Counted from the stretch's first letter, positions 23,697 to 37,366 are shown. The stretch is 64,000 nucleotides of DNA from Dicyema japonicum (GCA_011109175.1 RDEW01000020.1:800514-864513), one strand, 5' to 3'. Numbers and translations: made by a program. Notes: generated by a model not told the origin, from the letters alone.

Positions 23697-23800
23697 GGTG
23701 TTATCCGAACCTCGGTGATAGTCAAGCACAATAAGCCGGACATTGTGGTACACGATAAGGAGTATGGCCAACTCCTTATCATAAAGAAATGTGATTTGAC
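23697..23800 (+). mobile_element. R4/Dong-like RLE fragment
   Basis: VIRTSVIVKHNKPDIVVHDKEYGQLLII (NKPD...E type RLE). Confidence 0.7.
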
Positions 23801-24439
23801 GTAAGGTTAACTTTTAAATAATATTCTCTGAAAATTCCAACTATAATGGTATTTTCATTATTCCATCTTTATCTGTGGTTCTCGTAAAATTACTTTCTCA
23901 ATCACTGAAAAAATAGTACTCAGAAATCAAAAACTCTTATTATATTACTGCCACTAAAAATTTCAGTCGACATACAACGTAAAACAAAGTTAAATTTATT
24001 GAATAAATTGAACTCTAATATTTTTTTCGACATAATTTTCATTGTGGTTATTTCATCTATGACGATATGAAAAACAAACCAACTAACCATGTAAACTGAC
24101 GTATTTCAGTACATTTTCTGAGAAATAAATCATGACTGCAACGTATTGCCAGGGAGAAGGAATGTCTCCCGGAAGAACGAATTATGTCCTCTCTGGAGAT
24201 TGAAGCAGTTCGCTATTTTTGCACAAATTCTTTTACTAATTATACGAGAATTAATATTAGCTTATTTCAAAGCCAGTCTCTTAAAGTTCCCGGTTGAATG
24301 TCATTTTTGTATCTCTAAAAGACATGAGCGTCACCTTAACAGATGAAACACGCGTCACCGCACTGATTTTTCTTGGATAGAGTATAACTCGGGTCATCCA
24401 TGGAATAATTATAGGTTGAGAAATATACAAATATAACAG

Positions 24440-25420
24440 AAAAAATAAAAATATTTCATATCAAAATTGAAAACATGTTTATCTCTTCCCGACCACGATC
24501 GAACATCTTACAAATGTTAAATTTGACGACCAAGGGTAGGACCAAGCAACCTTACTCGTTCGCTTTGTGGACTGAGAATCCCCTCACCAACGGATTTACA
24601 CGCCATGCATATCTATCCTCCTTGTGCTTCAATTAAGTGTTGATCAAGATAATTTTTCTATCTGAAAGTCAAGATGCCTGAAAAAAACCTTTACAGGTCC
24701 ATCTGCGAAGATAAATATGAGAGACTTCTGAACCAATCAAACCAACACCGACGTGTCTGTCTAGTGACTGGAAGATGCGAAAGAAGTGGCGCTTGGATCA
24801 ATGCCCTTCGTTCCTACCTTAATGACGATACTGTATGAACCGGTATCTCCATCAGGCTTGGGCTGAAGATTTCCAGACTTTCAAGTGCCGTGCGGTGGTA
24901 CCGTCGACTGTTATGGACATCATGGCCTTTATTGTCGAATAAGCGTAGAACGATTCTCAAGACATAAGGCGATCGACGGAATTGTCAAGCGAACCCAGGA
25001 GTCCGCTGGATACCACTTCATACATGAAATGATTGGTAACAGAGAAGACGGAAAGCAGCAGGATTGAATTACAATCTTTCCATTCGAGGAGGGAAAGCCA
25101 TTTGTATGGGATGTCACGTGAGCAAACCCCTTTTTCCATCCAAAATTGTCGAGAGAGCGGTAGACACAATGCATGCCGCGGAAAAAGCAATGAAAGTAAA
25201 GGGAAAAAATTTAAAGCGATGCCGATCAGTCCGCATTTTGTCACATAATAGTTGAGACAACTGGAGGAATCGTTTCAGAAAGAAACTGGGAGGCCTGTCT
25301 ACAATAAATAGCCACGATGGACGTGAGAATAAGTGGTATCTCCAGTTGATTTCTGTTGCAATCTTAAAAGTCAACTCAACATCGATTATGTCGGCGAGGA
25401 ACACTTTTGATTGATTTTTG
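24440..25420 (+). mobile_element. CRE-like retrotransposon 3' part
   Basis: DQATL; SGAWINA; CGGTVDCYGHHGLYC...RHKAIDGIVKR; RLE remnants. Confidence 0.85.
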
Positions 25421-25559
25421 TGATTTTAAAAAATTAAATTATTATCATAAAAAATAAAAAAAATATCGCCTATCACAAACATAAATATTTTATTAAAAAG
25501 TTGATATTTTATTGTAAAGTTGCCTGGCTGGTCCAGGGTTTGCCTCAACGTCTCCGCAG

Positions 25560-26010
25560 CGGCGCAGGCCTTCCTTATTGGTCCACACGTGAAGATAGGG
25601 GAAAGTGTGGTTTTTTTTCAAATGCCACCACGTCGTCGGCGAGCCACATGACATTTTTTTACAGAACTTTTGAGCCGATGCCATGTCCAATGAGAAGAGC
25701 TGTTCAGGATTCTCGACCCCGCCGGACTCGTCCTCACCTTTGTCGGTTTGGGATCACTTAGTTAGATGAGAACTTTTATCTCTTTCTCTTTGACCCAGTG
25801 ATCCTGGGGGTAATAATAATAATAAAGTTGCCTTGATACGAATGAACCATGGAACGCGCTGTCGTGACTGCAAATCCAGTCACTCGACCGATACATGCTT
25901 GTGTGGGGTCGAGGGAGGAGCATCGTGCCAATATGAGGTCTCTGCTAGAGCGTTCTGGGATCACGTGATTAGTTAGTTTGTGAACCGTGGTCTCTGGTGT
26001 TATTACTATC
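25560..26010 (+). mobile_element. Adjacent 3' ends of I-group LINE families B (about 25560-25770, TTAG tail) and A (about 25850-26010)
   Basis: 25670-25770 aligns with the reverse complement of 32095-32200. 25930-26000 aligns with 5745-5815. Confidence 0.7.
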
Positions 26011-26049
26011 AGCAACTGACAGACCTGCCAATATCACTTTCATCAATTA

Positions 26050-26950
26050 AATCCCCCAGGATAATTAATAACTGTTATCCGTATCTTATTCCTCGATCTA
26101 TAACCCCCAAGAACATTACACCGATCTAATTATTTATTAAATCTGGAAACCACAAGACTATAAGAGTTGTCGTTTATCCCATCAATGCCTGGCTCCCTCC
26201 TAAGATTTGTCTTGAAATCCTGGATTAATCTCCACAAAGGAAAATATTTGTTCATTTATGTTGACCACGATTCCAACTATGATCTGATTTTGAACACAAG
26301 AAGATTGAGATTGCCATTTTAAGAAAATACCGCTACAATTCTGTTGTGTGATCCATAATTGATGTGAGGATTGGCATCACTTAGAAAAGAGATTAATTCC
26401 ATCGGGACTTTGGCTATGAGAACTCCGATTTACAGTCTAATTTTTAATTTGGAAAGTGAGATCGAATTTCCACTTAAGACTGGGATCTTTTTACGGTGGA
26501 ATCTCATATCCTTTTGTACATCAATCCTATTGTCGGTGGTATCTCATCTCCAAAGTCTGAATCTGATAAACTATGAGTCTCCAATAGGAAACTTCATAAT
26601 TTTTGGTATAGGACCTCATAAGTGACGCAATAAATGGTAAATAAAGCGGGAATTTGCAAAGAAATCTTCGAGGCGCCTTTGGATAGAAGATTTAAGGAAA
26701 AAACAGATGAACTGATGTTCGTCAAGTTGGACATCATTATTTCAGTTGCAAATCAATGCTGAGCTAGAATAATCTAAATAACCTCACATTGGAGTATTTC
26801 CTTTACTGGGGGAAGACTGGAGATTACTTTGTTGAGAACGAGATTTTATAAATGCTTGGAAAGATAACCCTAGAAATTTTGTTTTTTGTTTCAAATATAC
26901 TTAAGGTTTGAGGCCTCAAACGCATGGAACCGTCGTTTAATTTTGGGGAT
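26050..26950 (-). mobile_element. APE endonuclease remnant
   Basis: LSDANPHINYGSH resembles GDxNAHH..WGS. Many stops. Confidence 0.4.
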
Positions 26951-27229
26951 ATGTCTTTTGAGGAGTATTCATATCCTCTTTAGCGTTTTTAACGTAATCT
27001 GTGCCGAGAAATGGTTTTGAGTTGTACGTAATAGGAAAGGTTTTTAAATAAAAAATATTAAGACAATATAAGTACCCAAAAGGTCAATCAGCCAGTCTGC
27101 GTGTACTTACATGATCATGTCCAATTGACTTTCGTATCCGACTATGTACAGGTATGACCATGTATAGATAGGCTCATTTACCTCCGTCCACTATTAAAGT
27201 AAATATTAATGTCACAGTATTAGTGCCAA

Positions 27230-27470
27230 AACAATAGAGGTATACCTTAAAGTCACTAATATTAGTCAGAATATGATCATAATCACTTCGGTAGAGACCG
27301 ACTATTTTCAAAAGTGAGGCAGAAGTATAACGCGATTGTAGGGATCTGATTGAGAAAAATATCTCAAATTATGCATTTTGTTAAGTACCTTGAGCTTTTC
27401 ATTTCTATAAGAAAAGACATTACTGTACAATAAACCGCCAATACGCGATATTAGCCAGAAAGTAAAACCA
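27230..27470 (+). mobile_element. Integrase zinc-binding remnant (Ginger/KRBA2-like)
   Basis: EYDHNHFGRDRLFSKVRQKYNAIV resembles the H..HGGRDK...L...Y.NI motif. Frameshifted afterwards. Confidence 0.45.
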
Positions 27471-27849
27471 AAAGATAAATAGTTCTCTATTTTATTTTTT
27501 AATAGATACCATCATAATGATGCATGCTATATTATTTAATTACTTAAAATAAATTTTAGAATAAATATTTCATAAAATTAATAATAATAATAATAAAATT
27601 AAACCGCTCTTAAAGTTCAGACCGTAACGGGAATGCGCTGTCGTCTTGTACAATCAACTTCTAAAACCGACGGTAGAGTACGCTTGTGCCTCATGGGTCT
27701 ATGGAGCTTCAATATCCAATTCATAAAAGATCAACTCTTTAACAGGCAAACTTGCACGTCTAACAAATCTACATCCCGCAACTTTCATAAAATTAATTTT
27801 AATAAAAGTACACAAAAATTAGGTATTTAAAAAATACATTTAATAAGTC

Positions 27850-29130
27850 GGCTGGCTCATTTTAATAATTTTTGGACAAGAAATCATGAAGTCTACTTGA
27901 TCACTGATTGTTCTTTCCCGCAGGTACTGTTTTCCAGGATTTGGTGGTGATAATTCTAACCCTGCCAGAAGCCGTACTGGAAAATAAATTACACTAAATG
28001 CGAAATCTAACAGCTGTGTCATTGTAGCGAACTTACTACATGGAAGTATTTCCACGTCCAATGAAGACCATATATGCTCGGATTCCCAATCGCCATGAAT
28101 GTAATGGAAAGAGCTATACGTGAAAAACTGTTACCAGGAGAAATTCTAGACCGCCTGTGTCTACTTGACGTGCATACATCATTATTCTTTTTGGAAAACA
28201 GCCTCAACGTACAGAGACTTACATATTTTCTGAGGAATTCCAAGCACAGATTCACGGGATCTTCCGTTCAACTGCGGAACGTATCTTTAACGTCCAATTT
28301 GAGGAATACTCATGGAAACGAGCCACAGTACCGTTCAGACTCGAAGGGATTTGAATTCGTAACTCCATAGACATCTTTCCCTGCATATCTCTCGTCGCTA
28401 ATTGCCTATAACACCCTTCAATAGGATTCTACATTCTCTGCCTAAATTCTCTACTGACCAGGACGCCGGTTATGCCTGTGAGGCCTGTAGCCGATCTATC
28501 AGTTGCCCATACCTTCCAGTTCTCTCAGTGGGGTCTGAACAATACTTTATTCCTGAATTCTTCTGAAGATCTGCTAATCCAAGAGATTGATGGCAATGCG
28601 GAGACCAGATCGACTGTTTTGGCTACACCCTCTTCCCTGCAGGAAGAATGCAGGCAATTCTTCCAGACATCTGGCCTTGAACTTAGTCATTAGGTAGCTT
28701 TTGACGTCGTCGGACACCCATCCATGCTCGAACAAGTCAGTCTATGCAGGCGTGAGGGGAAACGACCAGGAGGGATTACCATTTTCCGTTTTGATGCCAG
28801 AAAACCATTTTTCTGGGACGTCACCTGAACCGACACGTTTACCCTTTGCAACTCAGTCCAGAATACCCCTGTTCTGCCGCTGAGAAGACCTAGAAATTGA
28901 AACGGGCAAATTCGCGGTCCTAATCAATTATTTTTTTTGTTCCACTCGCCGTTGAGACGTCTGGTTCTCTTGCGCTAGCGACACTAAAATTCTTGAGTCG
29001 TCTAGGGAATCGGAATTCTACACGACCAGGAGATTCCCGTGAGAGCTGTTGGTTAATTGAGCGAGTCTCGCTCACCATCTTGAGAGGGAATAGCCACGCA
29101 GTCAGGGCGGCCGCTATATGACCATTTTCT
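27850..29130 (+). mobile_element. CRE-like retrotransposon (RT end, thumb, RLE), degraded
   Basis: LGFPIAMNVMERAIREK...LLDVHTSLFFLENSLNVQRLTYFLR; FVPLAVETSG; I.RGNSHAV. Confidence 0.85.
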
Positions 29131-29869
29131 CACTTTTTTCCGAAATAAACTGTCCATTGTGCTTTATAGATAAAATCAAATTATGGCGATGTCAGCGAAT
29201 TATCAGGAATAAAGTCCTCTGTTGTAAAAAAATAAAAGAAAAGATTTTTTTAAATAAAATTTAATAATTTTTTTTACGAGATCGGGTAGTTGGTTAACCG
29301 CTGAAAATTAATACTATTTAAATCTTCCTGAAATAGTCCGGATTATTTCAGAATTAGCGGCAACGGATTTATTGTTAACAAAGTTAGGATTAAGCAATTA
29401 ATTTAGTAAAAAGATTATGTACTAAGCAAGACACAGTTTGAAAGTTTACTATTACAGCTCAAGAGTTGATTGACTTGACTCTAAAAACAGGTGAAGATTA
29501 TTATATAGAGGACGTATTTTTAGACTTGGAACATATTCACTTTATGGCAAATCCTTGTAAAGTTAATTAATATATTGAAAATAACTTAATATTACATAGA
29601 TTTTGGAGCTACTAAAATATTCAAATAAAAGATTCCAATCTGTCCATTCAAATCTTGAATTTGTGCTGCCAGTTTTGTCTCGAAAAAGAGCTACTTCACT
29701 AATATCCAAAATTCTCACAATAGATCAAAATTTTAAAACCGAAAATATTAATGACAAGTTGATTTCATTCGTAATAAATAATTATTTTTATAAAAAACTT
29801 TATATATTTGTAGTTTATATATGAAAATGAAAAAAAACTATTTTTTGCTATTTAGTAAACTAAGAGTTT

Positions 29870-32030
29870 AGACTTATACTACTAGACTCCGAATGCAACC
29901 ACTACGGACTTGGCTTTGCTATACATAAATGTCTTGATGGGACAGAGTGTGGAGGGTGAATGAAAGAATAGCAGTACTCCCGATTAAGAGTGGGAGGACT
30001 GATAATTCCTTTATATCCATCTACGCGCCCACAATGGCGAGGGTTTCTACAAATCCCGATGAACTTGATCTGTTTTACATGTCACTAACGGATACCATCT
30101 CTGATCTCAAAGGCTCGTTTATGACCTTTCTGTGTGGTGATTGGAATGCTAAAGTGGGACACTGTCCGTGGAGAGAACCCTGTATGGGTAGACATGCCAG
30201 GGGAGGAGGAATATGTCAGGAGAATCGCTCGTGCAATTTTGTAACATGTTTGACTACTTCATTTGTAATTCTGCATTCGACCACAATGCGAGGCATAAGA
30301 CTACGTGGACTGGACTCAGAAAGGATGGAAATGGTGACTATGTCCGGATATACAACCAAATTGATTATGTTATGTGTAAAAGATCTCTTCGTGCTTTACT
30401 AACAGACTCCCACAGCTATGGAGGTACCATCACTTATAGTGATCATAAACTGCTGGTTGCACGTTTCAGAATGAAAAGATATTTCGGAATAGATGGAGCT
30501 AGAAAGAAGAGAGCTTATCTGGATCGTTTTATTGTGGAAAAATTATGCTTATGTGAGAAGACACGTGAAGATTATTGTGTGACAATTAAGAAGGAGATTG
30601 TGAACATAAATATGGAAAATCCCCNCGTTTTATTGTGAAAAATTATGCTTATGTAAGGAGACACGTGAAGATTATTGTGTGGAAATTAAGAAGGAGATTG
30701 TGAACATAAATATGGAAAATCCCCCAGAGATGATTTGGAATGCTACCTGTGATGGAATAAAGAATGCAAGTTTCGACGTGCTTGGGGAAAAAAGGCCGGC
30801 AGGATTTAAAGGGGTCTTCGATCACGAAATTGGATCATTATCAATTAAACAAACAAAAAATTGCGGCTGAGAATGGAATCATGTACAAATAATGATAATT
30901 ACAACGAGTTAAGAAAAGAAAGAAATCGTATTGTCAAGGAGATTAGAAGGAGAAAGAAGGAAATTTATGTCAAGAAAATGGACGAACGTGTCAGTTAAAT
31001 TGAGAGATTGGGATACGGAATGCAAATGTTTCGTGCTGTTTGCCTTTTGCAGAGAGGAGTTTAATTTGTGAATATTTGTATTCACGACAGCCAAAGGAGA
31101 AATGTTTTGGATAATAAAGAAAAGACTGAAATTATTTCCAAACATTTTTCAAAACTTTTGAATGGAAATGATACCTCAGACGTAGACCCATTTGACAAAT
31201 CACCAAGAAGTCTGAATCTACCGATCTCTACAGAGGAAACTGACCTAGCAATCAAACAACTAAACAACAACAGGGCAGTTGAACCAGACAACATACAGGG
31301 AGAAATGATCAAGTATGCACCAGGCGAACTGACAACCCTCAATACAAAGATTTTCAATAAGGTATTTGAGACGCATTCCCTCTTGAAACTTGGTGATGGA
31401 ATTTTGATTTTTCTGCATAAACCAGGAAAGAGCAAGGGACCGATAAAAAATCTAAGACCTGTGATATTACTGGAATCATTGAGGAAGATACTATCTCTGA
31501 TAACCCTTAGTCGGATATCTTCTGATGTTTATGAATTTTTGTCGCCAGGAGAGAGTGGGTTCAGAAGGGGACGCTCGACCACATATGTGGTTTGGTGCCA
31601 CAGGTGGATATGTGCCATGTGTCAACGATACAGGAGTGATTTTAAGATTTTGGGAGTGAACATGTCCAGTGCGTTTGACACTGTCAACAGAAAAGTTTTT
31701 CTTGATGAGGATAACACAAGACTTGTCCGTTTCCTATTATCAAACAATGAATTAACTGTACGAGTTGGGAACACAACATCGAAGCCTTTCGGGACAACAG
31801 TTGGAATACCTCAGAGGGACTTTCTATCTCCGGTTCTATTCGTCGTATACCTGGAAGCGGCATTGAGAGCTCTTAGAACAAAATGTGAAGGATGCAAGCC
31901 GATGGAGATTATATATGCAGATGACATATTTTGTGTCAGAAAATAATCTGGAACTTGGACTTGGTTTAGAGAAAATCCCTGGAGAATTCAACAATTGGTC
32001 TCTGCAAGTTAATCAGGAAAAGAGTGAACA
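29870..32030 (+). mobile_element. RTE-clade LINE with APE and RT, frameshifted
   Basis: ISIYAPT, GDWNAKVG, YNQIDYV and SDHKLL (APE); AVEPDNIQGEMIK, GFRRGRST, GIPQRDFLSPVLF and YADD (RT). Confidence 0.92.
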
Positions 32031-32089
32031 CATAACAAATATTGTTTATTACCTCCAAGATCACTGGGTCAAATAGAAAGAAATAAAAG

Positions 32090-33580
32090 GTTCTTAACTA
32101 ACTAAGTAATCCCAGACCGACAAGGGAGAGACGAGTCCGGTAGGGTCGAGAATCCTGAACAGCTCTTTTCATTGGACATGGCATCGGCTCAAAATTTCTG
32201 TATGATTGTAGATATTTCGATAGTGTATGGAATAGAGGGCAGCTCGGTAAACTAGACTTTTTTAAGAGTTTCAGTTGTAATTTGATTAAGAAATTTTCAA
32301 TGGGCTGGATATTGTGTTCTGGTCCAATTATCCTTACTGCGTTCTCCTCGATTGCGGATAGTTTTAATGAGAAGGATCGTGAAATCTGCATTGCCCACGA
32401 AGGACTTGCATACGTCATCGTGGGTCGGATAAATTGTTCATAAATCGTGGCAAAGCTACCAATTTGGTCTCTAAGTGTTTTTGAGAGCGCTTTTAAGATT
32501 CTCATTTTCCTCAGAGCAGAAGTTACAATGTTTTCGACATGTCGGATAAAGGTGAGTCCCTGATCGAATGTGACTCCCAGAATCTTCGGTGTTTTGTTAA
32601 TAGGAATAGCCTCGTTCTTTATAAAGATTTTTGGTTCGACACAGAGCTGTTTTTTGTAAGTGGTAAACAGCGTAACAGAGGACTCTGTTGTTGATGCGTC
32701 GAGTCTCCGCTTCGAGAGCCATATTTCCAACTTGTCAAGCATTTGTTGAGCGGATTGAGTCGTTGATTAAATACTTCTGCCTTTGGAGGCAAGAACAATA
32801 TCGTCGGCATAGGAAAGGATTAGGCAGTTTTCATTACAGGTTTGTCGCATGTCGTTTATGTAGAGATTGAAAAGGGCTGGCGATAGTGGGGATCCTTGAG
32901 GGACTCCATTTGGTATGAGACGAATTTTGACTTTATGTTATTGCAAATCACTTGTCCACGTCTCCCACTTAAGAAGTTGGCAATCCATAGTTTTATGTTT
33001 GGGTGGATGCATGTATCGTCAATTTTTTCAGTAAGGAGTTTTCTTGAGTCTGTGTCGAAAGCCTTTGTTATATCAACAGAGACCAAGACTGTTCGTTGGT
33101 GTGGTTTAGTGGAATTGAATCCCTCCGCAATGAACTGGCACAGGGACGTTAGGTATGTTCCTGTGGTAAAACAATCTGAGATTAAACTCAAAAGTGTTTA
33201 GCCCGGAATCCATGTTAGAAAAAAGAGAGCTGGATGTAGTCTTTGATATTTTCAAGAACTAATCTTTCGAGTATTCAGAAAAGTGAACATAGGATCGAGA
33301 TTGGTCTGTAGGAAGAGGGGTCATTTTCGGATTTTCCTGGGCAAATAAAAACGTTCTTTAGTGAGTTTTGTGCAAGTGGCTAATGATGAAGGAGGTAGAT
33401 ATGAATTGATCAGAGTAAGACGTAACCTTGGGAGTTGGATTTTTGTGGTCAGAATTTCGTTACTCTCATGGTTTTGGAGACAGTTGTTGACGTATTTGGT
33501 GATATCTTCATAAAGGATCCCGTTTCGTAAATCGAAGACTGATAATCCAAGAGGATAATGAATGAGATACGAAAACATTC
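32090..33580 (-). mobile_element. I/Jockey-group LINE family B (RT and 3' end)
   Basis: [37 protein letters not shown]; (TTAG)n tail. Confidence 0.88.
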
Positions 33581-33690
33581 AAGTGAACTTAAAAAAATAA
33601 AATAAAATTTAAATACAATGTTATAATATTTAATAATAAATAATAAAAAAACACGTTTTTAGTTATCTTTGTTGTTGGACTTATATCGTT

Positions 33691-33988
33691 ATGGTTGTTA
33701 TTCTTATTACTATATAGCCACGCCAAGTATTTGAAATTAAACAATTTTTGCAGCTTGCAAGGCAGACTGATGCGAATTGTATTATGTGAATTTATTTTTA
33801 TAGTGTTGAAAATTAAACAATATAAAGACCCGAAAATGAAGTTTACAAAGCTTAAACTCCGATGTAGAAAGTATCTCTATACTATTAAAGTCAAAAACAA
33901 CGATGTGGATAAAGTTGTTAAATCTATACCGCCAAGTATTTATGATAATAACCTTATAGCCGTTAAAACAATAGTACTTAAAAAATAA
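33691..33988 (+). CDS. RPL38: 60S ribosomal protein L38 (74 aa, 3 introns)
   Basis: Introns 33694-33717, 33779-33803 and 33936-33959 (GT-AG, 24/25/24 nt). Spliced product MPRQVFEIKQFLQLARQTDANLLKIKQYKDPKMKFTKLKLRCRKYLYTIKVKNNDVDKVVKSIPPTVKTIVLKK matches eL38 (MPRKIEEIKDFL...KVRCSRYLYTL...SLPP). Confidence 0.93.
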
Positions 33989-34139
33989 TTCATTATTATT
34001 CGGGATAATTTTGGCTTTATATAATTTGTTTGATTTTTTCAGATATATTTTATTAATAAGTCGAATGATGTTGCTGTTGTGTATTAATATGGTTATGAAT
34101 CTACTCAAGTTCTAATTGTTTGGTAAGCTCTGTTCCGCA

Positions 34140-34790
34140 TTTCATCACTGTTAACTGTTATGATCTACAAGTCAATGTTACCGTTGAAAAACTTGGTATT
34201 CTAAGATATTTTAAACCATGTGTAACTGTTATGATCTACGATTCAATGTTACCGTTGAAGAACCTAGGATGCTGTCTAAGACATTGTTAAACCATGAGTC
34301 ACTGTTATTATTACTAGCATTTCACGAGAGCTATTATAGCCCATGTGCAGCAAAAAATATAAGAGTTAGCTTGTTCCAGGCTTTTCTGTTCTTAGCCAGA
34401 TCCCCTCAGTGTGCTCAAGTCGTCGCTAGATGCCAATGTTTTCTTTACGGCTTTCAGATCGTTTTGTAAAACGACCGAGAGAGTTGTCTTCCACGAAAAC
34501 GTTGTACATCGGAGGAGTAGTAATCTTCCATGGCGATATTAGGGGGATGTCGGGTCCAACTTCAGGACGTGTCCAAAAAGTCTCAAACGAGAGCTAATGA
34601 TCTCGAGACTTACTGATGTACAGTCACACTTATTGCATAGTATTTAACTGCGCCACCGGCCCTTGTTAAACCATGAGTCAGTGTCAAGTGTTATAATTAT
34701 GAGTCAATGTTACCGCTGAAGAACTTGGATGTTGTCTAAGACATGTGAGTCACTGTTATGACGTATGTGTTAATTTTATAATTGAAGAAC
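34140..34790. repeat. Degenerate about 70-bp minisatellite interrupted by an RTE insertion
   Basis: Recurring actgttatga...tcaatgttaccgttgaagaac...ctaagaca...aaccatg units. Confidence 0.7.
34302..34662 (-). mobile_element. Short RTE 3' insertion
   Basis: RLFGHVLKLDP and a TAA tail. Flanking 18-bp direct repeat TTGTTAAACCATGAGTCA at 34284-34301 and 34663-34680. Confidence 0.8.
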
Positions 34791-35019
34791 TTAGGAGGAG
34801 ACTGATATGACTTAGTTTGAAAATTTTGTTTAGAAGCAAAGTAGGGTCTGAAATTGATTCACTTTACTTCCAATCTGTATTCTGTGAGGTTACTTTATAG
34901 GTTGAGGTGGTCCCGTACCTCTATTGCAAAAAATGTCCATTTAGCTTCAGGAAACTCAAAAACTAAAGTTCTAAACAAACGAAGTTGATACTTTGGTGCA
35001 GAAGATAAGCATCGACATT

Positions 35020-35420
35020 ATTGAATCAAGATGGAGACTGTTTGGGATATAAACACCCCTGCAAATATAATAGTGGACAACTACTTTAACAATTAGAACA
35101 AACCATCGTTCAGAGGAAGACCCAGAGTCACTCTACCCGTGGCTCTGAACAAAGATCTTAATAGAATTGGAAGAAAATTTAAATCTGCAGAAGACCTAGA
35201 AGATCTAAGGACAGATGCGCATGGAGACACCTAGTGAAGCAGATTTTTGAAACGTGTGGCACAAACGGGACCTTAGTTAACATAACGTTCTTTGGTTCTG
35301 TGAAAGTGCTTTTAATAATAATACACTAAAGAAAAGTAGAATTAATTAGAAATCCACAAGGAGACTCCTTTTCTCCCCTACTATTCACAATTTATTNTTA
35401 CTGTGTTACCTCAACTTGGC
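35020..35420 (+). mobile_element. RTE 3' end plus RT fragment
   Basis: SRWRLFG, FRGRPRVTLPVALNKDL, taataata tail, then PQGDSFSPLLF. Confidence 0.75.
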
Positions 35421-36229
35421 CCGATGCTCCTCCCTCGACCCCACACATGATAAACATTAAGGCGATTTTTTTTAACAACAACAACGATTTATTGACAAAA
35501 GAGTTAAGGAGATTTCTGGAGGGTATTACATCTGAATCCTACCATAAGGCTTGGACTCCACACCTGGACCCTTGCTCCTCCTTTTTTTTATTATTAATCT
35601 TTTTCAGGACGTTTCTCCCAGCTTTATATACGTGTCCTGGACCTTTGATCTCCTCCTGAAACCATTGATCCGATCCTCCACAATCTTGCTAATCGGTTCT
35701 AAGAGCTTGTTTTCGTCCTCGCTTAGACAGTCTTTCAGTTTCTTGTTTAAGGAGAGCTTAATTGCAGCTCTTCTAGTCTTCTCTAGGAGGATAAGATCTT
35801 GTCCCTCTTCGGAGAAAAGAACCCTCGCACCCATAAAGTAGGCTAGGGAGAATAACTCCCTTAAAGATAAACAGGTAAGTGTCACGGCTAACGTGTAACT
35901 TCCGTGTACATAAGAGCGACCAAAAGGCTCTCTTTCTCCTCCCCTATATGTCGTCCATGTAATCTCCTGCGTTTCCATAGTCGACCCCAGGTAGCGCAGA
36001 CTGTGTGAATTGTTTACTCCCAGTGTGTATTCTTGTTTCAGGTGCTTTTTCAAACTGCTTATTCGGAGTGCGCAAGATTTTTCAGCAGAGTGTTATATTA
36101 TATGTTCTTAGGCGATTTTTGCCAATAATTTCAATATTTATATGTTCTTAAAATTGTAAAAATTTTCAAAAAATGTAGTTTTTAGTCAAAAATAGCATAT
36201 AAATAAAGTTAGAGTTAATCAATCCGAGG

Positions 36230-37265
36230 GTCTTTTGGTAGGGGGTTGGGTTTCTGGGTCGTCCTCCATCGAGCATCTATGCTAGTGAATTTTCCTTACC
36301 TCATGAAGATCAGGTAAACATGGCGCCTACCGCTGCGGTCACCACGTGGGTATCACACTACCTAATATAAGACCGGGCATACAACGTCGTCACTTTTCTC
36401 TTCCTGTTCACTTTAAGACCACAGGACAAGTAACCTTTTCTCGTGCCCTGTCCCGCCTTTTGTTTCTCTGCTCGGTGTCAACCTTTTGGATTCTAAGAAC
36501 GTCAGTATATGGCAGTTACATTCTTCGAATTGCTTTCGACTTTTCATAGAGACTTAGCCACGAATTTCTTACAAAAATTTATATATTCTTCTCTCAGACA
36601 CCACCGAACTTTTTGAGACGGCATATATCAGTACATCGTCCGTGTAAATAATCACGTTAGTACGAGGATTCCTGGGAGCCGGAAAATAATTTTTTAATTT
36701 TTTTACTAATCAATTTTCACGTAATAAAACAATCAAACTAATCCAGCTTGGGTAATTGAGTGGCTGTTTCCCCTGACAACTGCCAGAGAAATCCTCTGGA
36801 ACAGCCACTCGGTTTCCCGACGTTTGTTACTCGATTTCATTATATTGGACCCGTGCGATTGTAGAAAAGAGACCGCCTCGTCTCGACTATTTTTACTTTC
36901 CATAAACAATTTCATTTTGTACACCATTAAGTCTCGAGATCATTAGCTCTCGTTGGAGACTTTTTGGAAACGTCCTGAGGTTGGACCCGATATCCCCCCC
37001 CCCCGAATATTCCGATGGAAGATTACTACTCCTATTCCAATGTAAAACGCTTTCGTGAAAGACCGAGAACAACCCTCCAGGTCGTTTTACAAAACAATCT
37101 GAAAGCCTTGAAGAAAACTTTGGCATCTGGTGACGACCTGGAAACACTGAGGGATCTGGCTAAGAACAGAAGAGCTTGGAGCAAGCTAACTCTCTCTTAT
37201 ATTTTTTGCTGCACATGCGGGGCTATAAATATTATGGCTTTCGTGAAAGTGCTAATAATAATTTC
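36230..37265. mobile_element. Cluster: RTE subfamily B 3' end (-, about 36230-36640), CRE RLE (-, about 36700-36925) and RTE 3' end (+, about 36925-37265)
   Basis: 36230-36530 aligns with 62480-62740; FQRISLAVVRGNSHSI; RERPRTTLQVVLQNNL plus RTE tail. Confidence 0.75.
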
Positions 37266-37295
37266 GTTCTTTCTATATAAATTTATCAATTAAAA

Positions 37296-37366
37296 TTCCA
37301 CCGCCCAAATTTAGAATTCTACAGCCCAAAATTAAAAAATCCCACCGCCCAGGTTGAGAACCACCT
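37296..37366 (+). mobile_element. Orphan hAT-like terminus with subterminal CCGCCC repeats
   Basis: ccgcccaaat...ccgcccAGGTTGAGAACCAC resembles the hAT TIR at 5089-5104. Confidence 0.45.

Noticed and set aside
35604-36053. 149-aa minus-strand ORF
   Set aside because: Could be a LINE ORF1 piece, but no motif was recognised; left uncalled.
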